This document shows, piece after piece, positions 1 through 9,400 of a DNA stretch of 25,611 nucleotides. The position numbers and the translations under genes are program-made. The stretch's first letter is position 1, and each line of letters starts with the position of its first letter. The notes under the pieces were generated by a model. It saw only the letters and a list, made by a program, of their open reading frames with translations, did not search any database and was not told the origin of the DNA. Origin of the DNA: Candidatus Micrarchaeota archaeon (GTDB lineage: Archaea; B1Sed10-29; WALL01; WAMD01); the NCBI GenBank assembly GCA_964652335.1, contig CAZZDL010000003.1, forward strand, positions 1 through 25,611. Direction: 5' to 3'.

Positions 1-4
1 AACA

Positions 5-20
5 GCAAAACATTTATAAA
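5..20 (+). promoter_or_regulatory. Archaeal BRE+TATA promoter, likely driving the GC-rich element starting near 42
   Basis: GCAAAACA followed by TTTATAAA (13-20); spacing predicts a start near 41-44, exactly where AT-rich DNA switches to GC-rich structured sequence. Confidence 0.55.
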
Positions 21-41
21 TACCATAAACAAATATTATTC

Positions 42-115
42 GCTCCCGCTCCATACGGAGCAACTCCCCAAGACTAGCGGGCAATGCAGTAAGCAACCCG
101 CCAGTGGGAGTGGGA
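42..115 (+). ncRNA. Candidate ~75-nt structured RNA of unknown family
   Basis: GC-rich island between two TATA boxes; TCCCGCTCC(44-52)/GGAGTGGGA(107-115), GGAG-CAA-CTCC(57-67), CTAGCGGG(74-81)/CCCGCCAG(97-104) form a three-way junction. Confidence 0.4.
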
Positions 116-120
116 AAGGG

Positions 121-136
121 GTAAAAGGTTTATAAA
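121..136 (+). promoter_or_regulatory. BRE+TATA promoter of the ribosomal protein superoperon
   Basis: GTAAAAGG + TTTATAAA (129-136); predicted start near 156-160. Confidence 0.65.
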
Positions 137-156
137 CCCCCAATAGCAAAATAAAG

Positions 157-243
157 GCATACCGTGCAAGAGCCTGCGCGGTTCCATCAGTCCCCTTCTG
201 CCTGCTCCCAGGTGGAGAGTTAGAACTATACAGGGTGAACTGA
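157..243 (+). promoter_or_regulatory. Structured 5' leader of rpl3 with Shine-Dalgarno GGGTGA (233-238)
   Basis: Hairpins ACCGTGCA(161-168)/TGCGCGGT(175-182) and TTCTGCCTG(196-204)/CAGGTGGAG(209-217). Confidence 0.45.
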
Positions 244-1227
244 ATGACAAAAATGACAAAACCAAGATCAGGATCTTTGGCGTTTTCCCCTAGGGTTAGG
301 GCTAGAAGGATCTATCCTAGAATAAACTCTTGGCCAGACTCAGACGAGGTCAAGCCATTACTGTTTGCTGGTTACAAAGCAGGAATGACACACATAATGG
401 CTGTGGACAAAAATAAAAACTCACCAACATTTGAACAAACAATTGCAATCCCTGTCACTATACTAGAAGTTCCTCCTCTTGTTGTTTTCGGAATAAGAGT
501 TTACAAACAAACCCCGTATGGGAAAAAGGTTCTAACTGAAGTTTATGCAGAAAAGCTAGACAAGAATCTAGCTAGAAAGATAAAACTACCAAAGAAGGCA
601 AAAAAGATTGAAGACTTGGAAGCAAAGATTGATGAAATATCTGAAGTCAGGCTACTTGTCCATACAAAACCACCCTTCAAGAAGAAACCTGAGGTTTTTG
701 AGATAAAAGTGGGTGGATCTCCAAAGGACGCACTAGCCTATGCAAAAGAGAAGTTAGGTAAAGAAATTAGCATAGACGAAGTGTTTAAGGAAGGAGATTA
801 CATTGATGTAATTGCAGTAACAAAAGGGAAGGGCGTTCAAGGACCTGTCAAAAGATGGGGAATAAAGATCCAATACAGGAAAGCCCATGGATTTAGAAGG
901 CACGTTGGTGCTCTCGGTCCGTGGCACCCAGCTAAAACAATGTGGAGAGTCCCGCAAGCTGGGCAGACGGGTTTCCATGTCAGAACAGAAGTTAACAAAG
1001 TGCTTGTAAAGATAGGGAAGGATGGGAAAGAGGTAACTCCCGCTGGTGGGATACCTCATTATGGCGTAGTAAAGAATGGATATGTCCTAATTAGCGGGTC
1101 TGTACCTGGATCAAAGAAAAGGCTTGTAATGTTGAGATCAGCCATGAGGCCGCCGGAGAAGAAGAAGGCAATTGAGCTCGTTAATGTATCAACGGTGTCT
1201 CAACAAGGAGCTAGGGTGAAGGTGTGA
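244..1227 (+). CDS. rpl3: 50S ribosomal protein uL3
   Basis: PRSGSLAFSPR, GYKAGMTH, VTKGKGVQGPVKRWG motifs; first gene of the archaeal S10-like operon. Confidence 0.98.
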   Translation: MTKMTKPRSGSLAFSPRVRARRIYPRINSWPDSDEVKPLLFAGYKAGMTHIMAVDKNKNSPTFEQTIAIPVTILEVPPLVVFGIRVYKQTPYGKKVLTEVYAEKLDKNLARKIKLPKKAKKIEDLEAKIDEISEVRLLVHTKPPFKKKPEVFEIKVGGSPKDALAYAKEKLGKEISIDEVFKEGDYIDVIAVTKGKGVQGPVKRWGIKIQYRKAHGFRRHVGALGPWHPAKTMWRVPQAGQTGFHVRTEVNKVLVKIGKDGKEVTPAGGIPHYGVVKNGYVLISGSVPGSKKRLVMLRSAMRPPEKKKAIELVNVSTVSQQGARVKV

Positions 1228-1230
1228 GAT

Positions 1231-2028
1231 ATGAAGGCAAAGGTTTACTCAACAGATGGGAAACCAGTTAAGGAGATAAAATTGCCTAGCGTATTCTCTA
1301 CTCCATATAGGCCAGACGTCATACTCAGGGCAGTGGTCGCTTTACAAAGTCACAGGCTTCAACCAAAGGGCGTATACTACTTAGCTGGAAAGGATACTTC
1401 CGCAGAATATGTAGGTAGAAGAGGTTCGTATAGAGCAGGTATAAACAGAGGTATAGCTAGATTACCAAGAACAAAACCTGGTGGAGGAGGTCTAGGAGAC
1501 GTAGCTAGAGTTCCTCACGCAAAAGGAGGAATTAGAGCACACCCACCAAAGCAGGAAAAGAAGATTGCAAAGAAGATAAATGAAAAAGAGAGAAAACTTG
1601 CTCTTGCATCTGCAATAGCAGCTTCTGCAATGCCTGAGTTAGTAGGAAAGAGACACAAACTTGGAGAAATAACCTTGCCAATAATTGTTGATGAAAAGGC
1701 TGAAAAAATAAAGAAAACAAAAGATGTTGAAAAAATGCTTGTCGCTCTTGGACTAGGTGATGACATTGCAAGAGCAAAGGAAAAGAAGGTTAGAGCTGGG
1801 ATCGGAAAGATGAGGGGGAGAAGATACAAAAAGAAAAAATCTGTCCTAATAGTAGCTACGAATAAGGATTTGGTGAAAGCTGCAGATAACATTCCAGGTG
1901 TTGATGCCGTCCTGGCAAAGGATTTAAATGTTGAGTTACTGGCTCCTGGTGGACATGCTGGGAGACTGACTGTGTGGACAGAGCCAGCATTAAATGAAGT
2001 TTGCAAGAAGGTGAGCTCATGCAAGTGA
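1231..2028 (+). CDS. rpl4: 50S ribosomal protein uL4
   Basis: [35 protein letters not shown]. Confidence 0.98.
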   Translation: MKAKVYSTDGKPVKEIKLPSVFSTPYRPDVILRAVVALQSHRLQPKGVYYLAGKDTSAEYVGRRGSYRAGINRGIARLPRTKPGGGGLGDVARVPHAKGGIRAHPPKQEKKIAKKINEKERKLALASAIAASAMPELVGKRHKLGEITLPIIVDEKAEKIKKTKDVEKMLVALGLGDDIARAKEKKVRAGIGKMRGRRYKKKKSVLIVATNKDLVKAADNIPGVDAVLAKDLNVELLAPGGHAGRLTVWTEPALNEVCKKVSSCK

Positions 2029-2270
2029 TTAGATATCCTCTCTTATCAGAAAAGGCTGTCCAGATGATAGAGAAGGAGAATAAGATGGTATTCATAGTTG
2101 ACAAAAGGGCAACCAAGCCAGAGATAAAGAAAGCTGTGGAAGAAACCTTCGGAGTAAAAGTGGATAGAGTAAACACATTAATAGACAGAAAAGGCAGGAA
2201 GAAAGCTATCGTAAAGCTTTCAAAGGAAACTCCTGCATCAGAACTTGCAACAAGGTTAAACATAATATGA
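2019..2270 (+). CDS. rplW: 50S ribosomal protein uL23
   Basis: [32 protein letters not shown]; start placed at ATG 2019 after GGTGA. Confidence 0.97.
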   Translation: MQVIRYPLLSEKAVQMIEKENKMVFIVDKRATKPEIKKAVEETFGVKVDRVNTLIDRKGRKKAIVKLSKETPASELATRLNII

Positions 2271-2280
2271 GGTGTAAAAG

Positions 2281-2991
2281 ATGGGTAAGAGAATACTATC
2301 ACAAAGAAGAGGAAAAGGAACTCCTGCCTTCAAGACACCTAGCCATAGGTTTAAGACAGATGCTAAGTATAAGCACTTTGATAAAACAATTAAAGGCAAA
2401 GTCATTGACTTGATAGATGACCCATCAAAAACCGGAATAATCATGCTCGTTGAATGGGAAAATGGTGAAAGAACAATGTACCTTGCTCCTGAAGGCATTG
2501 GTATTGGCGATGAGCTTATACAGGGGCCAGACGCAGGCATAAGCATTGGAAACGTTCTTCCGTTAAAGGCAATACCTGAGGGTATCCCTATATTTAACGT
2601 CGAATCAAGGCCTGGAGACGGTGGAAAACTAATAAGATCATCTGGAGCTGCTGGATACATAGTATCAAAGGATGAGAAATCAGCTATAGTAAGACTCCCA
2701 TCAAAGAATACAAAACAGATAAATGTTAATGCACTAGCGACCGTTGGCGTAGTATCTGGCGGAGGTAGGCCAGATAAGCCTTTGGTCAAGGCTGGTAACA
2801 GCTACTACAAACACAAAGCCAGAAATAAAAGATGGCCTGTTGTTAGAGGTGTTGCAATGAACCCAGTTGACCACCCGTTTGGTGGTAAGGAGCACCATTC
2901 TGGTAAACCAACCACCACAAAGAGAACTGCTCCACCTGGAAGGAAGGTTGGTCATATAGCAGCCAGAAGAACAGGTAGGAGGAAGAGGTAA
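2281..2991 (+). CDS. rplB: 50S ribosomal protein uL2
   Basis: MGKRILSQRRG, WPVVRGVAMNPVDHPFGG, PPGRKVGHIAARRTG. Confidence 0.99.
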   Translation: MGKRILSQRRGKGTPAFKTPSHRFKTDAKYKHFDKTIKGKVIDLIDDPSKTGIIMLVEWENGERTMYLAPEGIGIGDELIQGPDAGISIGNVLPLKAIPEGIPIFNVESRPGDGGKLIRSSGAAGYIVSKDEKSAIVRLPSKNTKQINVNALATVGVVSGGGRPDKPLVKAGNSYYKHKARNKRWPVVRGVAMNPVDHPFGGKEHHSGKPTTTKRTAPPGRKVGHIAARRTGRRKR

Positions 2992-3372
2992 ATGGCAAAG
3001 GAGTTCAAATACAAAGGTTATACTCTTGATGAGCTACAAAAGATGAGTTTGGATGAACTAGCTCAGATACTTCCAGCTAGGCAGAGGAGAAAATTGAAAA
3101 GAGGACTCACAGAAGAAGAAAGGAAGCTGTTGAAGAAAATTGAGAAGTCAAACAAGCCGGTTAGGACACATGTAAGAGATATGATAATCCTTCCTTCAAT
3201 GGTTGGAAAGAAGATCGCTATCCACAATGGGAAAGAGTTCGTTTACGTTGAGATAAAACCAGAAATGATAGGCCATTACCTCGGAGAGTTTGCACCAACT
3301 AGGAAGGAGGTTAAACACGGTACTGCTGGTATCGGAGCTACAAGATCAACAAAGTTCATATCAGCTAAATAA
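2992..3372 (+). CDS. rpsS: 30S ribosomal protein uS19
   Basis: [33 protein letters not shown]. Confidence 0.98.
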   Translation: MAKEFKYKGYTLDELQKMSLDELAQILPARQRRKLKRGLTEEERKLLKKIEKSNKPVRTHVRDMIILPSMVGKKIAIHNGKEFVYVEIKPEMIGHYLGEFAPTRKEVKHGTAGIGATRSTKFISAK

Positions 3373-3383
3373 AGGTGATTAGA

Positions 3384-3815
3384 TTGGCTTACTCGGTAGA
3401 GATTGATGAAAAGTCTGCGAAGGCATGTGTCAAGGACGTTGATGTTTCATATAAACATGCCGCTCTAGTAATGAGAGCTATAAAGGGAATGAAACTTAAA
3501 GAGGCAGAAAACTATCTAGAAGGCGTAATTGCCAAGAAGAGGATAGTCCCGTTCCCTAAATACAATACTGGGGTGGGACACAGATCTGGAGGAAAAATAG
3601 GAAAATATCCTGTAAAGGCTAGTAAGATAGCATTGAAACTACTCAAGAACGTTGAAAACAATGCAGAAAACAAGGGGCTAGATGTTGACAAACTTGTGAT
3701 AGTCCATGCAAAAGCAGATAAAGGAGCTACTATCGCTAGAAGAGCTCCAAAGGGTAGATGGAGATACAACAATATTGTACTAGCCCATATGGAAGTAGTG
3801 GTAAGGGAGGTTTAG
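3384..3815 (+). CDS. rplV: 50S ribosomal protein uL22
   Basis: GKYPVKA, LLKNVENNAENKGLD; probable TTG start at 3384 after AGGTGA (ORF open from 3375). Confidence 0.96.
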   Translation: MAYSVEIDEKSAKACVKDVDVSYKHAALVMRAIKGMKLKEAENYLEGVIAKKRIVPFPKYNTGVGHRSGGKIGKYPVKASKIALKLLKNVENNAENKGLDVDKLVIVHAKADKGATIARRAPKGRWRYNNIVLAHMEVVVREV

Positions 3816-3818
3816 GCC

Positions 3819-4475
3819 TTGATAGAGAGAAAATTTGTCAAAGACGGACTTGCAACAGTTTTCCTAGACAAATACCTAGCCGGAAAACTAAGGAAAGCTG
3901 GCTATGCTGGGGTTGATATACAAAAAACCCCATTGGTAACTAGGATAATAATTAAAGTGGAAAGGCCTGGGCTTGTAATAGGAAAGAAAGGTAAATCCAT
4001 AAGGGAGCTAACCGATGAAATAGAAAGTAAGTTCGGTCTACAAAACGTCCAAATAAAAGTTGAAGAGATACCTGTTCCAGAGCTTGATGCTGTTGTAATG
4101 GCAAATAGAATAGCAAGATCATTAGAAAAGGGACTGCACTTTAGAAGGATAATGATGTGGGCCATTGACAAGATAATGGCTGCTGGCGCGCTTGGTGCTG
4201 AGATTGTCATCAGCGGTAAATTAGTTGGAAAAGGTGGGATTGCTAGAAGGGAAAGGGTTGCTAGAGGATATCTGAAAAAAGCTGGAGAACCATCTAAGCA
4301 AGTGAGAGTGGCTCATGCTCAAGCACTTAGAAAGGCTGGTGTAATTGGAGTAACTGTTAGAATAGTTCCACCAGATGTTGTATTCCCTGAAAAGGTTGAT
4401 GTTGAAAAAGAAATAGCTAAGAAAGTGGGTGAGACAAGTGGCAATACTAAGGCCGAAGGAAGCCAGAGCGCTTAG
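3819..4475 (+). CDS. rpsC: 30S ribosomal protein uS3
   Basis: KH motif RPGLVIGKKG, GALGAEIVISGK, GVIGVTVRI; TTG start after GGAGG. Confidence 0.98.
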   Translation: MIERKFVKDGLATVFLDKYLAGKLRKAGYAGVDIQKTPLVTRIIIKVERPGLVIGKKGKSIRELTDEIESKFGLQNVQIKVEEIPVPELDAVVMANRIARSLEKGLHFRRIMMWAIDKIMAAGALGAEIVISGKLVGKGGIARRERVARGYLKKAGEPSKQVRVAHAQALRKAGVIGVTVRIVPPDVVFPEKVDVEKEIAKKVGETSGNTKAEGSQSA

Positions 4476-4644
4476 CTTAGAAGAGCTAAATGAAAAATTG
4501 AAAGCGCTAGAAGCAGAGCTGAGATCAGAAATAGGCGCTGTAGCTAGTGGTACTGCTCCAAAGAATCCTGGCAAGATAAGGGAGATTAGAAGAACAATAG
4601 CCAGGATAAAAACGATAATAAATGAAAAGAAAAAGGAGGTTTGA
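4438..4644 (+). CDS. rpmC: 50S ribosomal protein uL29
   Basis: NPGKIREIRRTIARIKTI; GTG start at 4438 after GGTGA; overlaps the end of rpsC. Confidence 0.96.
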   Translation: MAILRPKEARALSLEELNEKLKALEAELRSEIGAVASGTAPKNPGKIREIRRTIARIKTIINEKKKEV

Positions 4645-4651
4645 AGGGGGG

Positions 4652-4936
4652 ATGAGACTCGGAGGAATTCCTGAAGAAATATATGAAGAGCTCGATAAGA
4701 GCACAACCCGAATAAAAGTGAGAACCGAAAGGAGAAAGTTCGGAAAGATAGTAACCATCGTTGAAATAGATAACCCATCTGGAGTTGAAACGATGGCAAA
4801 GGAATTGAAGAGGAAACTTGCATGTGGAGGTGCAGTGAAAGACAACAAGATAGAACTGCAGGGAAACCACAAGGATAGGATAAAAAAAGTGTTAATATCG
4901 ATGGGATATGAAGAAGATCAAATTGAATTATCATGA
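4652..4936 (+). CDS. sui1: Translation initiation factor SUI1 / aIF-1
   Basis: RRKFGKIVTIVE, KELKRKLACGG, IELQGNH; conserved position after rpmC. Confidence 0.95.
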   Translation: MRLGGIPEEIYEELDKSTTRIKVRTERRKFGKIVTIVEIDNPSGVETMAKELKRKLACGGAVKDNKIELQGNHKDRIKKVLISMGYEEDQIELS

Positions 4937-5237
4937 CAGGCTAACAATAGCAGAGAATGGCTTGATAGGGATTGAAGCAGTGATCATCAATGCATCTGAC
5001 AGAAGTCTCATCGGAATGCAAGGGAAGATAATTGATGAAACCTTGAACACAATAAAGATACGAACAAAAACAGGGGACAAAACTGTGCAAAAATCAAACG
5101 TCCTGTTAAAGCTTTCATACAAAAAACCGATATTGGTTGACGGCAAGGACCTAATACAAAGGCCTGAAGAAAGGATAAAAAAATGGTGGAGAAAACTGAA
5201 ACCTAGGAGGAGAGCACATGTCAGAAAAAACGTGTGA
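4908..5237 (+). CDS. rnp1: Ribonuclease P protein component 1 (Rpp29/Pop4)
   Basis: LIGIE, GMQGKIIDETLNT, VDGKDLIQRPEERIKK; conserved position between sui1 and rpsQ; start uncertain. Confidence 0.92.
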   Translation: MKKIKLNYHDRLTIAENGLIGIEAVIINASDRSLIGMQGKIIDETLNTIKIRTKTGDKTVQKSNVLLKLSYKKPILVDGKDLIQRPEERIKKWWRKLKPRRRAHVRKNV

Positions 5238-5523
5238 AGATCCAAATTGCCCAAAGCATGGGAAGATAAGAGTAAGAGGAAATATATTCACTGCAAAGGT
5301 AGTGTCAACTGGAAAGATGAATAGATCCGCTATAGTTGAAAGAAGTTTCGTTAGAAAGGTAAAGAAATACGACAGAATGGAAAAGAAAAGGAGCAGACTA
5401 ACTGTGCACAAGCCAGATTGTATAGATGTGAAACCGGGAGATATTGTAAAGGTTGGGGAAACCAGGAAGATCAGTAAGACAAAATCATTTGTTATATTGG
5501 AGGTTGTAAAGAGAGGTGAATAG
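5218..5523 (+). CDS. rpsQ: 30S ribosomal protein uS17
   Basis: CEDPNCPKHG, KKYDRMEKKRS, GETRKISKTKSFV. Confidence 0.97.
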   Translation: MSEKTCEDPNCPKHGKIRVRGNIFTAKVVSTGKMNRSAIVERSFVRKVKKYDRMEKKRSRLTVHKPDCIDVKPGDIVKVGETRKISKTKSFVILEVVKRGE

Positions 5524-5524
5524 A

Positions 5525-5923
5525 ATGAAAGCTGTGGGGAGCAAAGTAGTCAAAGCTTTGCACATAGGATCTAGGCTAGTATGCGACGATAACACCGGAG
5601 CAAAGGAGCTTGAGATAGTTGGTGTCGTTGGATTTAAAGGAAAAAGAAGAACGCTCCCCAGAGCTGGAGTTGGAGACGTTGTAATATGCTCAGTAAAGAA
5701 AGGAAAGCCAGACATAAGGAAAAAGGTTGTAAAGGCTGTGATAATAAGGCAAAAGAAAGAATGGAGAAGGCCGGATGGAACAAGGATAAAATTTTCAGAT
5801 AACGCGGCTGTAATCATAGATGATAAAGGCCAACCCAAAGGTACTGAAGTTAAGGGGATAGTCGCGAAGGAAGTGGCTGAGAGATATGCAAAGGTTGCAA
5901 CACTAGCTAAAAATGTTTTGTGA
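5525..5923 (+). CDS. rplN: 50S ribosomal protein uL14
   Basis: CDDNTGAKE, AVIIRQKKEWRRPDG, FSDNAAVI, PKGTEVKG; ATG 5525 after AGGTGA. Confidence 0.98.
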   Translation: MKAVGSKVVKALHIGSRLVCDDNTGAKELEIVGVVGFKGKRRTLPRAGVGDVVICSVKKGKPDIRKKVVKAVIIRQKKEWRRPDGTRIKFSDNAAVIIDDKGQPKGTEVKGIVAKEVAERYAKVATLAKNVL

Positions 5924-5932
5924 GTGATGGAT

Positions 5933-6301
5933 ATGGCAAACGTTAGTAGTAAACCAAGGAAACAAAGAAAGAGGCACTTTACCGCGCCTCTGCACGCTAG
6001 GCAGAAAAAGGTAGCTGCTCACCTAAGTGATGAATTGAAGAAAAAATACAAGAAGAGATCTGTACCTGTGAGAAAGGGTGACAAAGTGAAAGTTGTAAGA
6101 GGAGATTTTGCAGGTATAGAAGGGAAAGTAGTAGAAGTGGACCTAAAGAGTTACAGGGTGTATATAGACAAGGTAAAAAGGAAGAAAACAAATGGAGAAG
6201 AAGTTCTCGTTCCTATTCACCCATCAAATCTCATAATCCTTGAATTGGATCTTACAGATGAAAAAAGGAAGAAGAAATTAACAGCTAAAGAAGGTGTCTA
6301 A
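5933..6301 (+). CDS. rplX: 50S ribosomal protein uL24
   Basis: [11 protein letters not shown] motif [20 protein letters not shown]; start could be 5927 or 5933. Confidence 0.97.
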   Translation: MANVSSKPRKQRKRHFTAPLHARQKKVAAHLSDELKKKYKKRSVPVRKGDKVKVVRGDFAGIEGKVVEVDLKSYRVYIDKVKRKKTNGEEVLVPIHPSNLIILELDLTDEKRKKKLTAKEGV

Positions 6302-7039
6302 ATGGCAAGGAAGGGAGAAAACAAAAAGATGAAAAGAATAGCCGCTCCAAAGGCCTGGAAAATAGCTAGAAAGGAGAGTAAATGGATAATAAAGCCTAGA
6401 CCTGGTCCTCATACTCTAGAGACTTCAATACCCCTTGGAGTACTAGTAAGAGACATACTCGGATTGGCAAAGACCGCTAGGGAGGCTAAAGTCATAATAA
6501 AGCAAGGGAAGATAAAGGTAGATGGGAAGGTAAGAAAAGATCTGAAGTTCCCTGTAGGATTCATGGACACAATCAGTGTCCCTGGAATAGATAAGTACTA
6601 CAGAATAGTTTATGACAAACTTGGTAGGTTGGGAGCCATAGAAATAGATAGGAAAGAAGCAAATAAGAAGCTTGTGAGGGTTGTCAATAAAACAGCTGCC
6701 AAGGGAAGAAAGATACAAATAAACCTGCATGACGGTAGGAACATATTAGTGGAAAAAACAGATGCTAAAACTGGGGATTCCTTACTAATAAGAGTACCTG
6801 ATCAGAATATTGAAAAGATAATAAAACTGGAAGAAGGATCTATTGCATATATCGTTGGTGGAGGACACACTGGTGAGATGGCTAAAGTAAAAGAAATAGT
6901 TCCTGGAACCATAACTAGGCCTCCATTAGTTAAGCTGGTATCTGACGAAACGGAATTCTTAACTGATAAACAGAATGTTTTCGTCGTTGGTAAGGAAAAA
7001 CCTGAGGTTAGCATAGGTGATGTTAAATGGTCTCAGTGA
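6302..7039 (+). CDS. rps4e: 30S ribosomal protein eS4 (S4e)
   Basis: KRIAAPKAW, PRPGPH, VDGKVRKDLKFPVGFMD, NLHDGRN. Confidence 0.98.
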   Translation: MARKGENKKMKRIAAPKAWKIARKESKWIIKPRPGPHTLETSIPLGVLVRDILGLAKTAREAKVIIKQGKIKVDGKVRKDLKFPVGFMDTISVPGIDKYYRIVYDKLGRLGAIEIDRKEANKKLVRVVNKTAAKGRKIQINLHDGRNILVEKTDAKTGDSLLIRVPDQNIEKIIKLEEGSIAYIVGGGHTGEMAKVKEIVPGTITRPPLVKLVSDETEFLTDKQNVFVVGKEKPEVSIGDVKWSQ

Positions 7040-7530
7040 AAATTGATAAAGTCACAGTGAACATCGGTGTCGGCGAATCCGGAGAACCGCTAGAGAAAGC
7101 AGAAAAGCTATTGCTAAAACTAACTGGCCAAAAACCAGTTAGAACAAGGTCAAAGAAAAGGATACCTACATGGGGCATAAGGAGAAAGCAACAAATAGGG
7201 GTAAAGGTTACACTAAGAGGAAAGAAAGCTATGGATTTTCTAAAGATGGCATTGGAGGCAAAGGAGAATAAATTGAATCCAGGTAACTTTGACGATAATG
7301 GCAACTTCGCATTTGGTGTTAGTGAATACATAGATCTACCTGGAATAAAGTATGATCCTGATATAGGAATATTTGGATTTGATGTTTGTGTTACGTTGAT
7401 AAAGGATGGATACAGAGTGAAAAGAAGGAAAAGAGCTAAAGCCAAGATCCCTGCCAGGCACAAACTTTCAAAAGAGGAAGCAATTGAATGGGTTAAGTCG
7501 AACCTTGGGGTAAAGGTGGAGGCTGATTAA
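7027..7530 (+). CDS. rplE: 50S ribosomal protein uL5
   Basis: [39 protein letters not shown]. Confidence 0.98.
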   Translation: MVSVKIDKVTVNIGVGESGEPLEKAEKLLLKLTGQKPVRTRSKKRIPTWGIRRKQQIGVKVTLRGKKAMDFLKMALEAKENKLNPGNFDDNGNFAFGVSEYIDLPGIKYDPDIGIFGFDVCVTLIKDGYRVKRRKRAKAKIPARHKLSKEEAIEWVKSNLGVKVEAD

Positions 7531-7531
7531 A

Positions 7532-7681
7532 ATGTCCAAGAAAGAAAGCAAGAAAAAGAAGAATACTCCAACATGCAAGATTTGCGGTAGCCATAGAAGA
7601 GTAATTAGAAAGTATGGCTTAGACATATGCGGGAAATGCTTTAGAGAGGTTGCCAGAAAAATGGGTTTCAAAAAATACTGA
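7532..7681 (+). CDS. rpsN: 30S ribosomal protein uS14, zinc-binding type (49 aa; not in the ORF track)
   Basis: Translated by hand: [49 protein letters not shown]; two CxxC motifs; canonical position between uL5 and uS8. Confidence 0.97.
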   Translation: MSKKESKKKKNTPTCKICGSHRRVIRKYGLDICGKCFREVARKMGFKKY

Positions 7682-7691
7682 GGTGAAAAAA

Positions 7692-8081
7692 ATGCTCATG
7701 GATCCAATAGCAGACGCGATGACAAGAATAAAACAGGCAGAGGACGCCAGGAAGAAGGAGGTTACGTTAAGACCAGCCTCAAAGCTACTCGGTAATATAC
7801 TATCTGTTATGCAAAAGAGAGGATACATAGGCGAGTATGAATACATAGATGATGGTAAAGGTGGTATGTACAAAGTAAAACTGTTGGGAAGAATAAACGA
7901 CTGCAAAGCTGTCAAGCCAAGACATCCAATAAAAATGATGGAAATAGAAAATTGGGAAAAAAGATTCCTACCTGCCGCAGGTATTGGCATTCTAATCCTA
8001 TCCACACCTGTGGGAGTCATTGATAATGAAGATGCTAAAAAGAGAAAAATAGGTGGTAGACTAATCGCATATGTTTACTGA
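7692..8081 (+). CDS. rpsH: 30S ribosomal protein uS8
   Basis: DPIADAM, GYIGEYEYIDDGKGG, LLGRINDC, IGGRLIAYVY; ATG 7692 after AGGTGA. Confidence 0.98.
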   Translation: MLMDPIADAMTRIKQAEDARKKEVTLRPASKLLGNILSVMQKRGYIGEYEYIDDGKGGMYKVKLLGRINDCKAVKPRHPIKMMEIENWEKRFLPAAGIGILILSTPVGVIDNEDAKKRKIGGRLIAYVY

Positions 8082-8091
8082 GGGGAGTATT

Positions 8092-8643
8092 ATGACGCTA
8101 GCAGCAGAAGTTGAAGAGATAGTTGAGATCCCAGATGGAATCACAGTTGAAGTGGATGGATTAAAGGTAACTATTAAAGGACCAAAGGGTAGCCTTACAA
8201 GGGAATTTAAGACAAAGGAAGAGATACACATAGACAAGGTAGATAACAAGATAAGGATATGGGCAAGATTCCCAAGGAGAAAGACCCTTGCAATGATGGG
8301 AACCATAAGAGCACATATTAAAAACATGATAACCGGAGTGACTAAAGGATACAAATATACACTTAAAGTCCATTATAGGCACTTCCCGATGAACGTTAGT
8401 GTAGAAGGAAATAAGGTCGTCATAAAGAATTTCCTCGGAGAGAAGAGCAATAGGTATGCGAACATTGTAGGTAACACAAAGGTGGAAGTGAAAGGGAAGG
8501 ATACTATCATAGTGACTGGAATAAATAAGGAAGAGGTCGGCCAAACCGCAGCAAATATTGAGCAAGCCACCTACGCCAAGAATAGAGATCCAAGAGTCTT
8601 TATAGACGGTATATACATAGTTGAGAAAGGTGAGGGAGAATGA
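8092..8643 (+). CDS. rplF: 50S ribosomal protein uL6
   Basis: KGPKG, AHIKNMITGVTKGY, HFPMNV, NFLGEK, RDPRVFIDGIY. Confidence 0.98.
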   Translation: MTLAAEVEEIVEIPDGITVEVDGLKVTIKGPKGSLTREFKTKEEIHIDKVDNKIRIWARFPRRKTLAMMGTIRAHIKNMITGVTKGYKYTLKVHYRHFPMNVSVEGNKVVIKNFLGEKSNRYANIVGNTKVEVKGKDTIIVTGINKEEVGQTAANIEQATYAKNRDPRVFIDGIYIVEKGEGE

Positions 8644-8981
8644 ATCCAAGAGAAAAGCCCAAATTCACAAAACAATACTCACACATGAAAAAGAGGGCTC
8701 AGAAAACTGGTTGGAGGAAGCCCAGAGGTATAGATAGCAAGCAGAGGAAACATACAAAGGCAAAGGGGAAACACCCGAGAGTTGGATATGGTGCTCCCAA
8801 TGAAACAAGATATTTGCATCCAAGTGGATATGAAGAAGTTTATGTGAAATGTTTATCAGACCTTGATAAGATAGATGCTGAAACACAAGCCATTAGGATA
8901 GCCAGCGTAGTTGGGAAAAAGAAGAGAGAGGAGATAATCAAAAAAGCAGATGAAATGGGAATTAGAATACTTAACAGGTGA
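8640..8981 (+). CDS. rpl32e: 50S ribosomal protein eL32
   Basis: WRKPRGIDSKQR, GYGAP, LHPSG. Confidence 0.97.
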   Translation: MNPREKPKFTKQYSHMKKRAQKTGWRKPRGIDSKQRKHTKAKGKHPRVGYGAPNETRYLHPSGYEEVYVKCLSDLDKIDAETQAIRIASVVGKKKREEIIKKADEMGIRILNR

Positions 8982-8986
8982 AGAAA

Positions 8987-9400
8987 ATGGAGCTGAAAAA
9001 AGTTAAGGAACTAGCAGCAAGGACGTTCAATGTTGGTATTCATAGAGTCAAAATTAAGGACTCTGAAAAGGCGAAGGAAGCCATAACCAGAGAAGACATA
9101 AAAAGACTTGTAAAGACTGGTGCAATTGAGATAAAACCAAAAAGAGGCTCTTCTAGAGGTAGAGCTAGAACATTGGCAAAGAAAAAGAAGCTAGGTAGAA
9201 GGAGAGGGCCAGGAAGTAGAAAGGGGAAGAAGACTGCAAGGAAACCAGCTAAAAAAGCATGGATGGAAAAAGTAAGGGCATTGAGAAAGACGTTGAAGGA
9301 ACTAAGGCCTGAAAACTATAGAGAACTGTATAAGAAAGTCAAAGGTGGTTTCTTCAGGAGTAAAAGACATCTTTTGTCCTACATAAGGGGTGTTAAGTGA
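8987..9400 (+). CDS. rpl19e: 50S ribosomal protein eL19
   Basis: AITREDIK, GRRRGPGSRKG, YRELYKKVKGGFF; ATG 8987 after AGGTGA. Confidence 0.97.
   Translation: MELKKVKELAARTFNVGIHRVKIKDSEKAKEAITREDIKRLVKTGAIEIKPKRGSSRGRARTLAKKKKLGRRRGPGSRKGKKTARKPAKKAWMEKVRALRKTLKELRPENYRELYKKVKGGFFRSKRHLLSYIRGVK

Noticed and set aside
74..265. 63-aa minus-strand ORF
   Set aside because: Overlaps the promoter, leader and rpl3 start; no recognisable motif or ribosome-binding site
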